This document shows, in pieces, positions 53,624 to 62,239 of a DNA stretch of 64,000 nucleotides. The notes below the pieces were generated by a model. The model ran no database searches, had not been told where the DNA came from, and was given only the letters and a program-made list of their open reading frames with translations. A program made the translations under genes and the position numbers. Source of the stretch: Bacillota bacterium. Lineage in GTDB: Bacteria > Bacillota > Clostridia > Acetivibrionales > JAMNYG01. Within the stretch, counting starts at the first letter, position 1; every line of letters starts with the position of its first letter. Location of the stretch: assembly GCA_023622945.1 (NCBI GenBank), contig JAMNYG010000056.1, positions 284 through 64,283 of the forward strand. Direction: 5' to 3'.

Positions 53624-53792
53624 AATCAGGATTATCGATAATTAGGATGACCAGTAATTAAGATTATCGGCGATCAGGATTACCAGTATTTAAGATTATC
53701 TGAAACCAAAATCAAGTTTAATAACACAAATTTAAGTTTTAGCAAACACAGATTTAAGCTTTATATAAACATAAATTCAGGCTTCATACAAC
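53624..53792 (+). repeat. Two adjacent degenerate tandem arrays upstream of proB
   Basis: Array A (53624-53702): ATCAGGATTA at 53626 and 53673, and AAGATTATC at 53660 and 53692. Array B (53709-53792): four ~21-nt units, AAATCAAGTTTAATAACAC / AAATTTAAGTTTTAGCAAACAC / AGATTTAAGCTTTATATAAAC / ATAAATTCAGGCTTCATACAAC. Confidence 0.8.
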
Positions 53793-53860
53793 GGCCAGGA
53801 AGCCGGGATTAAGCATTACATCCTGCAAAATAGAAAAGAACGCTAAAAAGTGAGGTCAAA

Positions 53861-54688
53861 ATGGATAATATACGCAAAAGACTGAATAACGCAAAAAGAA
53901 TAGTGATAAAGGTGGGTACATCCACCATAACTTACGATACCGGCAAGCTTAACTTTACACGTATTGACAAGCTGGCAAGGGTGATTTCCGATCTCAGCAA
54001 CCAGGGCAAGGAAGTGGTTCTTGTTACATCAGGAGCTATAGGAGTGGGAGTAGGTAAGCTTAAACTGAAGGAAAAACCCGAAACATTGCGGGAGAAACAG
54101 GCAGTTGCAGCGGTAGGCCAATGTGAACTGATGCATATTTACAGTAAATTCTTTTCCGAATACGGACACATAGTAGGGCAGATTCTGCTGACCCGCGATG
54201 TAGTGGAGGATGAATACAGCAGGCGAAATGTCATAAACACATTTGAAACTCTTCTTGAAAAGGAAATTATACCTATTGTAAATGAAAATGACTCGGTGTG
54301 CGTTGAAGAAATTGAATCGGGACACAACAGGATATTCGGGGACAATGATACACTGTCTGCCATTGTGGCTATCCTTATCAACGCCGATCTGCTTGTGATA
54401 CTTACGGATCAGGACGGGTTTTATGACTGTGACCCCAGGAAGAATGAATGCTCCAGGCTCATATCGGTTATAGAAGAAATAACGCCGGAGCTGGAGCAAT
54501 GTGCCGGAGGAGCCGGGACAAACAGGGGCACAGGTGGCATGATGACCAAGCTGTCGGCTGCAAAACTTGCCACTTCATCGGGGATTGACATGGTTTTAGC
54601 CAATGGAGATGATCCCAATATTATTATGGACATCCTGGACGGCAAGGAAGTCGGGTCATTGTTCGTTGCGAAAAACAGAAAAATTTAG
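53861..54688 (+). CDS. proB: Glutamate 5-kinase (short form without PUA domain)
   Basis: RIVIKVGTSTIT..., VLVTSGAIGVG, GDNDTLSA..., 275 aa. Confidence 0.95.
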   Translation: MDNIRKRLNNAKRIVIKVGTSTITYDTGKLNFTRIDKLARVISDLSNQGKEVVLVTSGAIGVGVGKLKLKEKPETLREKQAVAAVGQCELMHIYSKFFSEYGHIVGQILLTRDVVEDEYSRRNVINTFETLLEKEIIPIVNENDSVCVEEIESGHNRIFGDNDTLSAIVAILINADLLVILTDQDGFYDCDPRKNECSRLISVIEEITPELEQCAGGAGTNRGTGGMMTKLSAAKLATSSGIDMVLANGDDPNIIMDILDGKEVGSLFVAKNRKI

Positions 54689-54712
54689 ACCGTTATGCAG
54701 GAAAGAAGTTAT

Positions 54713-54755
54713 AGAAAATGATATGCCATCATTATTCCGTTGCATATCATTTTCT
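54713..54755 (+). promoter_or_regulatory. Perfect 14-bp intercistronic hairpin between proB and proA
   Basis: AGAAAATGATATGC (54713-54726) / GCATATCATTTTCT (54742-54755) with a 15-nt loop. A T6 run follows 8 nt downstream (54764-54769). Homologous to 26825-26856. Confidence 0.7.
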
Positions 54756-54812
54756 AATATCAGTTTTTTCTCATATCAATCGGTACAATAAGGTAGGTAA
54801 GGGGTAGGTACT

Positions 54813-56057
54813 ATGAATGAACTTGTCATTAAAGGCCAAAAGGCGCGCAATGCAGCCCTGAAACTGTCGAGCCTGTCTTCAACAGTGAAGGATAAGGCAC
54901 TGCAACTCATAGCTGAAAAGCTTCTTGAAAAAGAAAAGGAAATAATGGATGCCAACGGCATTGATGTAGAGAATGCGAGAAAAAAGGGGATTTCAGCAGC
55001 CCTGATAGACCGTCTGGCGTTAAATGAAAAGAGAATCCGTTCTATGGCTGACGGTCTTTTTCAGATAGCCTCTCTTCCGGATCCTGTCGGAGAAGTAATA
55101 TCCATGTGGAGAAGGCCCAACGGGCTGCAAATAGGGCAGATGCGTGTACCGTTGGGAGTCATAGGAATGATATATGAAGCCAGGCCAAATGTTACGGTGG
55201 ATGCGGCAGGACTGTGCCTGAAATCGGGGAACGCCGTAATACTGAGAGGCGGAAGTGAGGCCATCAATTCCAACAAGGCCATTGTGGCTGTCATGAACCA
55301 GGCCCTTGACGAGGCAGGGATACCTGAAGGAGCCGTACAGCTGATTGAGGACACCAGCCGTGAAACTGCCGTTGCACTCATGAAACTGAACAAATACATT
55401 GATGTGCTCATACCAAGGGGCGGTGCAGGTCTTATCAGGACGGTGGTGGAGAACTCAACAATACCGGTGATCGAAACCGGAACAGGCAATTGCCACGTGT
55501 ACGTTGAAGGTAAGGCAGACCTTGATATGGCGGAAAAAATAATCATCAATGCAAAAACAAGCAGGCCGTCTGTGTGCAATGCTGCAGAGACCCTTCTGGT
55601 TGATGAGGCCGTAGCTGCGGAGTTTCTGCCAAGGGCCCTTAAAGCCCTGAAAGACATGAATGTAGAGATACGGGGCTGTGAAAGGACCCGCCAGTTGTTT
55701 GAGGACGCGGTTGCTGCCACCGAAGAGGACTGGAGCACGGAGTATCTTGACTATATACTGGCGGTCAAGGTGGTAGGCGGCATAGATGAGGCTATAAAAC
55801 ACATAAACACTTATGGTACGAGACACTCGGAAGCCATTGTCACAAGGGATTATGACAAGGCTCAGAGATTCCTTAGAGAAGTGGATGCCGCTGCAGTGTA
55901 CGTCAATGCTTCCACAAGGTTTACTGACGGTGGAGAATTTGGATTTGGAGCTGAAATAGGCATAAGCAACCAGAAGCTGCATGCCAGGGGACCAATAGGG
56001 CTTAAGGAACTGACTATCCCCAAGTACATCATTTACGGAAGCGGACAGATAAGATAG
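54813..56057 (+). CDS. proA: Gamma-glutamyl phosphate reductase
   Basis: ...[33 protein letters not shown]..., catalytic Cys in [14 protein letters not shown]. 414 aa. Confidence 0.96.
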   Translation: MNELVIKGQKARNAALKLSSLSSTVKDKALQLIAEKLLEKEKEIMDANGIDVENARKKGISAALIDRLALNEKRIRSMADGLFQIASLPDPVGEVISMWRRPNGLQIGQMRVPLGVIGMIYEARPNVTVDAAGLCLKSGNAVILRGGSEAINSNKAIVAVMNQALDEAGIPEGAVQLIEDTSRETAVALMKLNKYIDVLIPRGGAGLIRTVVENSTIPVIETGTGNCHVYVEGKADLDMAEKIIINAKTSRPSVCNAAETLLVDEAVAAEFLPRALKALKDMNVEIRGCERTRQLFEDAVAATEEDWSTEYLDYILAVKVVGGIDEAIKHINTYGTRHSEAIVTRDYDKAQRFLREVDAAAVYVNASTRFTDGGEFGFGAEIGISNQKLHARGPIGLKELTIPKYIIYGSGQIR

Positions 56058-56148
56058 AAGCGGTAGGGCAGGACAGAAGCAGCCGGATAAGTCACAGTCA
56101 GCCGAAAAAATACACGCAACCGGATAAGATACAGGCCAACCGGATAAG
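56041..56148 (+). repeat. Direct repeats (A/G)(A/C)CCGGATAAG in the proA / PBP convergent spacer
   Basis: GCGGACAGATAAG (56041-56053, the last proA codons), AGCCGGATAAG (56081-56091), AACCGGATAAG (56118-56128), AACCGGATAAG (56138-56148). Confidence 0.8.
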
Positions 56149-56160
56149 GGAAAAAACGCA

Positions 56161-58326
56161 TCACCTTATCAGCTCAGGTTCTATTCCTTTTGCTTCATTA
56201 TCCTGGCTGGGGGGATTGTTGAGGTTAAAGTATTCCATCATTATATCCCTTGCCACGCGGGCTCCGAATCTTCCATAGACCCCTCGTTCTATGACCACTG
56301 CAATGGCTATCTCCGGCTTGCTGCCGGGATCGGCAGGGGCATAGCATATGAACACTCCGTTGTTGGAGTGATTTTTTTGTCCGGTTTCAGCGGTACCGGT
56401 CTTGGCAGCAACCTCGAAGGGAAAATCCTTGAACAAATCCACTGCTGTACCGTCTTCTGAATTGGCAACGGCTATCATTCCCTTCTGGACTGCTTTTATG
56501 TTTTCCTCCTTCACAGGTATCTGCGTATATTGGGGCTTGGTTTCCCGAACGATGCTCCCGTCGTACTTTATCACTCTTTTAATTATATAGGGAGTATATC
56601 TTTTACCTCCATTGGCTATGGTTGCCGTATAATTTGCAAGCTGAAGAGGCGTGAAAGCATTAAAAGACTGGCCAATTGAAGCATATGCAGTGTCTATCGG
56701 CACCCAGACGGGATATTCCTTGTAAACCTCTTTTTTGGTTTCCCTGCTGGCCAGCACACCGGGATTTTCAATGGAAGAATCTACGTCTATACCTGTTTTT
56801 TCACCAAGCCCGAACATCCTTGCCCATTTTACAATATTATCAATTGATGTCTGCATTCCGACTACATGGAAAAATATATTGCACGATGTGGACAATGCCC
56901 TTTCAAGGTTTATATATCCATGAGCCCCAAGACCATGCCTGTAATCCATGCATGTAAGCTCTATTCCGTCAACATCGATCCTTCCCGTATCATTGACGGT
57001 GGTTTGGGGAGAAATAATTCCTTCTTCCAGGGCGGCAATTCCCACAAGGGGCTTGTAAGTAGAACCCGGTGCAAATGCACCTTGTATAGCTTTGTTGACC
57101 ATTGGTGCAGCCAGGGGATCCTTGCTGAACAGGTCACTTACCGCTTGCTGAGCCTCTTTGTCGCCCGGGTCTTCAAGGATTCGAAGGAACCAGTTTGGAT
57201 CATATCCCGGGTAACTGGCCATTGCCAGCACTTCACCGCTGTTTACGTCCAATGCCACAACAGCGCCGCCGTAAGCATCACCAAAGTTTAGGTTTACATT
57301 GGTACCATTGCGTTTATTTCTGATGTCGTCTATGGTTCTGGCAAGGGATTCGGCAGCCACTTTCTGGAGTTTCATGTTTATTGTAAGCTGGACGGTATTG
57401 CCCGGGATTGCGGGCTCTACCTTGAGTTCGCTTGTCTGCCTTCCCCAGATATCCACTTCGATATATCGCTTGCCATCCTTGCCCCTGAGATCCTTTTCCG
57501 CTGCCAGCTCAACGCCCGTTTTTCCGATAATATCGTTTATACCGTATCCTTCATCCTTCAGCTTCTCATATTCCGAACCTATGTTTCCTATATAGCCGAG
57601 GACATGAGCCACCGCCGGAGCATCAATGTATTTTCTCACAGGTTCAATGTCGGTAGTCACACCGGGAAACCTGTTGTGCATTTCTTCGACCACCGCCACT
57701 GTTTCCCTGGATACGTTTTTTGCTATGGTTATAGGATTAAAGGCATTATACCCGCGTATTTCATACCTTAATGTCATTATTTTGTATGCTTCTTCTTCGG
57801 TATACCTGCTGTTTATTCTGAAAACATCGTTCTTCAGGTAATCATAGACTTCTTCAAGGGAGCTGAAGGAATCAAGCTTTTTTTCATTGATGCCCAGTAT
57901 CTCGTTTTTCAAAATCCTTTTGAGTCGTCCCAGCTTATCATCATAATCACTGACATAGGAACCGTATCCCAAGGGATTGAAAGTTATAAGCTTGCTGAAA
58001 GTCTTGAAATAGGTGTCCCCGTTTTTCTCCATTAGGTTTATGAGGTCAAGAAGCATTGCGTTAAGGTCATCGGTTTCCATGGGGGATTTTACTATCTGCA
58101 GTTTAAAACCCTGTTCGCTGACCGCGATAGGTACACCTGAAGCATCGATGATATTACCCCTTGGAGCGGTGACTTTCCACTCATTGAGGAGTTTGCGCTG
58201 GGATACTTCCTTATAGTATTCACCTTTTATTATTTGAAGCTCTGCCAGCCTCAATATTATCAGGGACATGGCCAATACTATGCAAATAGCCAATATGAGA
58301 TATCTGTCTTTCAGCTTTTCTTTCAT
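56161..58326 (-). CDS. Class B penicillin-binding protein (PBP2-type transpeptidase)
   Basis: N-terminal TM anchor. SxxK (GSTYKP), SxN (TSCN) and KTG (AKTGTA) motifs are present. ATG at 58326 is 5 nt after AGGTGG (the ORF track begins at GTG, 58335). Confidence 0.92.
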   Translation of the reverse strand: MKEKLKDRYLILAICIVLAMSLIILRLAELQIIKGEYYKEVSQRKLLNEWKVTAPRGNIIDASGVPIAVSEQGFKLQIVKSPMETDDLNAMLLDLINLMEKNGDTYFKTFSKLITFNPLGYGSYVSDYDDKLGRLKRILKNEILGINEKKLDSFSSLEEVYDYLKNDVFRINSRYTEEEAYKIMTLRYEIRGYNAFNPITIAKNVSRETVAVVEEMHNRFPGVTTDIEPVRKYIDAPAVAHVLGYIGNIGSEYEKLKDEGYGINDIIGKTGVELAAEKDLRGKDGKRYIEVDIWGRQTSELKVEPAIPGNTVQLTINMKLQKVAAESLARTIDDIRNKRNGTNVNLNFGDAYGGAVVALDVNSGEVLAMASYPGYDPNWFLRILEDPGDKEAQQAVSDLFSKDPLAAPMVNKAIQGAFAPGSTYKPLVGIAALEEGIISPQTTVNDTGRIDVDGIELTCMDYRHGLGAHGYINLERALSTSCNIFFHVVGMQTSIDNIVKWARMFGLGEKTGIDVDSSIENPGVLASRETKKEVYKEYPVWVPIDTAYASIGQSFNAFTPLQLANYTATIANGGKRYTPYIIKRVIKYDGSIVRETKPQYTQIPVKEENIKAVQKGMIAVANSEDGTAVDLFKDFPFEVAAKTGTAETGQKNHSNNGVFICYAPADPGSKPEIAIAVVIERGVYGRFGARVARDIMMEYFNLNNPPSQDNEAKGIEPELIR

Positions 58327-58470
58327 TTCATCCACCTGTAAGCATGATCTTGGTTGCGATCTACATGTTTAGATATATTTATCTGAAACATTACGAATCT
58401 ACAGAAGCTATTATATATCACAGAAAATCAAAAACAATATGTAAAATATACAGAGCAAAATCAGTACTTT

Positions 58471-59556
58471 CTAGACAAACTCCCTTTCAACGGAGCTGTC
58501 AACCAGCAGAGGATTTACGTCAAGTATGACTTCGTCACCTATTCCGGCATCAACGTTTTCAAGGTCTATGACTATGTTAAACATGTTAATCCTGCCAAGG
58601 ATCCTTGCATTTTTACCCTTGACTTTCACATAGAGGTGCTTTTTGAACTGCCTGAAATCATTATACATGTATCTCAGTATATCTATGAACCTGAAGGTAT
58701 CGTTGGCCTTCACGAGACCAAAGCCGTCCTTATAGCCTACCGGGACAATGCCTATGCGCATTTTCTTTTTTGTGCGGAAGGTGTTGGCATATCCTATGTA
58801 ATGATTGGGAGGCAGATTTTTTACTTCAATGATGCAGGACTTTAAATACCCTACCTTCTTGAGGCCATAGTTATTTGCAATGGGTATACGGCCAAGCAAC
58901 ACGGACCCGGCCCTTACCGCGTCAAGGTGCATGTCTTTGAACCTAAGCAGTGCGGAAGAGTTGCAGACATGCAGCATTCCTGTATTTATGCCGTGGGCAT
59001 TGAGCTTTTCCACAACCTGGTTGAAAGCTTTGAACTGGGAATAAACTGTTTTGGCTTTCCTGCCAAAAGACGAAGAAAAATGGGTATAGGTTCCGACGAT
59101 TCTTATATTGGTCAACGACTTGAGAAGCGCATATATGTTGTCTATATCGTCGGGCAAAAAACCAAACCTGCCGAAACCCGTGTCTATCTTCAGGTGTACG
59201 TCGGCAACCACGCCCAGCCTTTTGGCGGCTTCGTTTACCGTTACAGCGGAATTTACCGAACCGATTGTAGGCATGATACCGTTCCTGATTATCAGTTCAG
59301 CTTCAGGGTCATTGCTGGTGGGCGACATGAGCAGTATTTTGTTTGTAAACCCGCAGCTCCTGAGCTTTAGCCCTTCGCTGATTTCCGATACGGCAAAATA
59401 ATATATATCGTTCTCAATCAAAAACTGGGCATACTCCGCAATGCCAAGCCCGTACCCGTTTCCTTTCAATACCGCTATGATTGTCGAATCCGTCAGGTTC
59501 CTGACTATTTCAATGTTATTTTTCAGTTTCTCCTTCTCTATTACCAGTTTCTTCAT
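58471..59556 (-). CDS. Alanine-racemase-family PLP enzyme (divergent; substrate uncertain)
   Basis: PLP-lysine motif AVLKGNGYGLG (compare the canonical AVVKANAYGHG), ...HLKIDTGFGRFGF..., ...IGYANTF..., IVPVGYKDGF. At 361 aa it is shorter and more divergent than typical Alr. RBS AAGAGG. Confidence 0.8.
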   Translation of the reverse strand: MKKLVIEKEKLKNNIEIVRNLTDSTIIAVLKGNGYGLGIAEYAQFLIENDIYYFAVSEISEGLKLRSCGFTNKILLMSPTSNDPEAELIIRNGIMPTIGSVNSAVTVNEAAKRLGVVADVHLKIDTGFGRFGFLPDDIDNIYALLKSLTNIRIVGTYTHFSSSFGRKAKTVYSQFKAFNQVVEKLNAHGINTGMLHVCNSSALLRFKDMHLDAVRAGSVLLGRIPIANNYGLKKVGYLKSCIIEVKNLPPNHYIGYANTFRTKKKMRIGIVPVGYKDGFGLVKANDTFRFIDILRYMYNDFRQFKKHLYVKVKGKNARILGRINMFNIVIDLENVDAGIGDEVILDVNPLLVDSSVEREFV

Positions 59557-60631
59557 AAGCGACCTCTTTTTTCTTCTTTCTGTGTTTCAGTTTAAATAAT
59601 TCTGCCCGAAGCTCCCTGAATAACTTTATACCTTTTTCAACCATGAAATAGGCCACCGGTCTGTATATGTAATCCATTTCGCCAACAAATTCCGTAAGTT
59701 TTCCGTTGAATCCTTTCTTGAACCTGTACAACCCGTAAAGGGGATTGTTTTCATTAAGGTCTCCCGACACACCCCTGAAGTCATATATTTCGCAGCCGCT
59801 TTCGATGGCCCATTTTATCATTTCCCACTGGAGAAGATAATTGGGCATCTTGTTTCTGTGTTTATTGCTGCTGGCCCCGTACAGGTACCAGCATTTGTTT
59901 CCGTAGAGTATTGCTATGGTCCAGGCAATTACCTCTTCTTCATAGCATGCCATGTAAAGCCTCATATGCTCAGGAGCCAGGCAGTCAAACATTTTTTCGA
60001 AATATTCGGGGCTCCTTACAACAAAACCATCCCTTATTCCGGTCTCAAGCATTATTCCGTATATCCTGCGAATATCCTCTTTTTGTCCGAGTTTCACAAC
60101 AACGCCTTTTTTTGCGGCAAGACGGATATTGTATCTCCATTTCTGGTGGAAACCCATCATTACTTCTTCTTCGGTCTTCCCGGCAATGTCCAGCCTGAAT
60201 ACGAAACGGGGCTGTATGCCTTCAAAGTTCCTGGAAGTGTCCTGTATCCTGAATCCAAGGTCCTTCATTATCTGTATGTACCTGGTATCGGTTATTTCGG
60301 TGTCGGTATCCAGCTTCAGAAGATAAGCCCTGTGCTTTTTAGCCAGCCGGTTGGCACCCTCCATGAGGGCTTTGAGCACTTCTTCATCGTGCAGGTCGCA
60401 AACGGGTCCACGGGGTGCGTACATCATTGAAACCCCCAGGAAAGGGATCTTTCTTATGAGTACGCTCATACCTCCCTTAATGTTTCCGTTATCGTCTTCC
60501 ACCGTTATTATGGCGTTTTCCCACTCGGACTTAAGTTTAGCCCACTCGGGAGACTGGGCAAAGTTACATCTTGTGTGTTGTATCAAAAAGGACTTGTATT
60601 TGTTTACATCTCCGTTAATCACTATTTTCAA
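59516..60631 (-). CDS. FemAB-family peptidoglycan interpeptide-bridge aminoacyltransferase
   Basis: ...FLIQHTRCNFAQSPEWAKLKSEW...MYAPRGPV...AYLLKLD...NKMPNYLLQWEMIKWA...YDFRGV... is a typical FemX/FemAB pattern. TTG start 9 nt after GGGAGG and 3 nt after the upstream stop. It overlaps the racemase start by 41 nt. Confidence 0.88.
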   Translation of the reverse strand: MKIVINGDVNKYKSFLIQHTRCNFAQSPEWAKLKSEWENAIITVEDDNGNIKGGMSVLIRKIPFLGVSMMYAPRGPVCDLHDEEVLKALMEGANRLAKKHRAYLLKLDTDTEITDTRYIQIMKDLGFRIQDTSRNFEGIQPRFVFRLDIAGKTEEEVMMGFHQKWRYNIRLAAKKGVVVKLGQKEDIRRIYGIMLETGIRDGFVVRSPEYFEKMFDCLAPEHMRLYMACYEEEVIAWTIAILYGNKCWYLYGASSNKHRNKMPNYLLQWEMIKWAIESGCEIYDFRGVSGDLNENNPLYGLYRFKKGFNGKLTEFVGEMDYIYRPVAYFMVEKGIKLFRELRAELFKLKHRKKKKEVAYEETGNREGETEK

Positions 60632-60634
60632 AGT

Positions 60635-61951
60635 CTACTGCCTCCCAACGTATTCTTCAACTTGTTTCAGGAAGTCTTCAAAGTACAATATGGTAAATTT
60701 CCTTTCGGCGTATACCTTCTGTAAAAGGGGGAAGAAATCATCCCCCAGCTTATTGTGTAGCTGGCCGAAATATGCTGCGGCGTCGTTGTATACATGTTTA
60801 TAATATTCCGCTTTTGACCTGTAATCCTTAAGAGCAAGGTTAAGGAACCTGTCACCGGCGTTTTTGGCCGGCTTGTAATTGCTGAGATACATTGCCAGAT
60901 AGTTGGCCAGCCCCTCATCAAAAAACGGTTCATTTATCTGGTCGGTACCTATGATGTTGTAGAACCACTGGTGAAAAACTTCGTGATAAACTACGCCTTT
61001 TAGTTTTTGTTCATTTTCAAAGCAGCTGTCGGACAAAAGTATCATATTTGACAGCTCCATGCCGTTCAGTTTTAACGGTAACCTTATGATAAACAGCTCA
61101 TCATGGGGATACGGCCCTATGTTTTCCTCTGCGAACCTGAAGGCTTGTCCGGCATAGGGAGCTGAACGGAATGAATCAATATAATATATGATTGTGCTGC
61201 CGATTCTCTCGGTTTTAATATCTGCATCGTCTAAAAGAACCGAGGAAAAGTCCCTTAAATTTCTGGCTTCAAATATGGTGATTTTTACATCACCGCTCAC
61301 CGATTCCTGTTGTTTGCCCGGAGCAAATACTGTAAGGCCCTTAGGCGCTTTGAATGTTATATGATAATCGTACACGTTATATATGTACGGGTCGCCGTAA
61401 TCATATTTAAAAGTAAGGATCGGACTGCCGTCCCTGTAAACAGCCGGGGTCGCCAGAAAATTGCTCAAAACCACCCGTCCGTCCGAACAGGATAGTATGC
61501 CCAGGTTGTCGGCAAGAGTTATTTTGTATTCCAGGCTAAGCTTACCTGAAGCTATGGGACCGTATACTTCAAGATAAGCATCCTTAACATCAAATTCCAC
61601 GCTGGTTCCGTCAGACGAAACATTAATTATTTCTGTATGGGCATGGTTAATCGAGGGCAGATAAACTATTGCAACATCTCTTCTCTCATCTATCAGGATA
61701 TCTTCCCTGATGCTTACCAAACGGCCTGCCACCTGGATTTCTGCCTTAATGTCAAAAGACGGCCCGGACGTGGAAGATGGATCGGACAAAGCCGTATTTT
61801 CTTTCTGCGTACCAACAGGAATATCCTGTGTGCGGGCACTTGCTGAGGGCTCAGCAGACGCCAAAAGCGCGAATATCAGAACAAGTGCGGCACACTCTCC
61901 TATTATTGCTGAAATAAACAATATCACAATCCTTATCCTGGTCAGTTTCAT
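60635..61951 (-). CDS. Membrane-anchored M1-like (gluzincin) metallopeptidase
   Basis: N-terminal TM anchor. HEVFH followed 19 residues later by the E of DEGLANY (HExxH-x18-E). RBS AAGAGG. Confidence 0.82.
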   Translation of the reverse strand: MKLTRIRIVILFISAIIGECAALVLIFALLASAEPSASARTQDIPVGTQKENTALSDPSSTSGPSFDIKAEIQVAGRLVSIREDILIDERRDVAIVYLPSINHAHTEIINVSSDGTSVEFDVKDAYLEVYGPIASGKLSLEYKITLADNLGILSCSDGRVVLSNFLATPAVYRDGSPILTFKYDYGDPYIYNVYDYHITFKAPKGLTVFAPGKQQESVSGDVKITIFEARNLRDFSSVLLDDADIKTERIGSTIIYYIDSFRSAPYAGQAFRFAEENIGPYPHDELFIIRLPLKLNGMELSNMILLSDSCFENEQKLKGVVYHEVFHQWFYNIIGTDQINEPFFDEGLANYLAMYLSNYKPAKNAGDRFLNLALKDYRSKAEYYKHVYNDAAAYFGQLHNKLGDDFFPLLQKVYAERKFTILYFEDFLKQVEEYVGRQ

Positions 61952-62101
61952 CCAGCTGCCTCTTTGCCAAATATAATCTGTTTTTTCAGAATATCAAATC
62001 CAAAATATTTAAAATAAAATCTGAATAAAAAAACGGGTGTAACAGTTTAAATCAAATTAAAATATTAAATAATCAAATTATTAAATCAAATCTGAATATC
62101 A

Positions 62102-62239
62102 GGTCAAAATCTGATAATATCATAACAATATCAAATCAGAATTTAATAAAATAAGGTCAAAATCTGTAATACTGAATCAGGTTTAATGATCTTCTGATCT
62201 GCATTGAATTCATTCTTCAAAAAATCCAAGGTCAAAATC
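62102..62239 (-). repeat. GGTCAAAATC x3 echo repeat at and after the PBP1A 3' end
   Basis: Plus-strand coordinates 62102-62111, 62155-62164 and 62230-62239. The last copy is inside the final codons (..FDFDL..) of the minus-strand gene. The surrounding 61980-62200 region is full of AAATC(A/T)GA-type reiterations. Confidence 0.8.
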
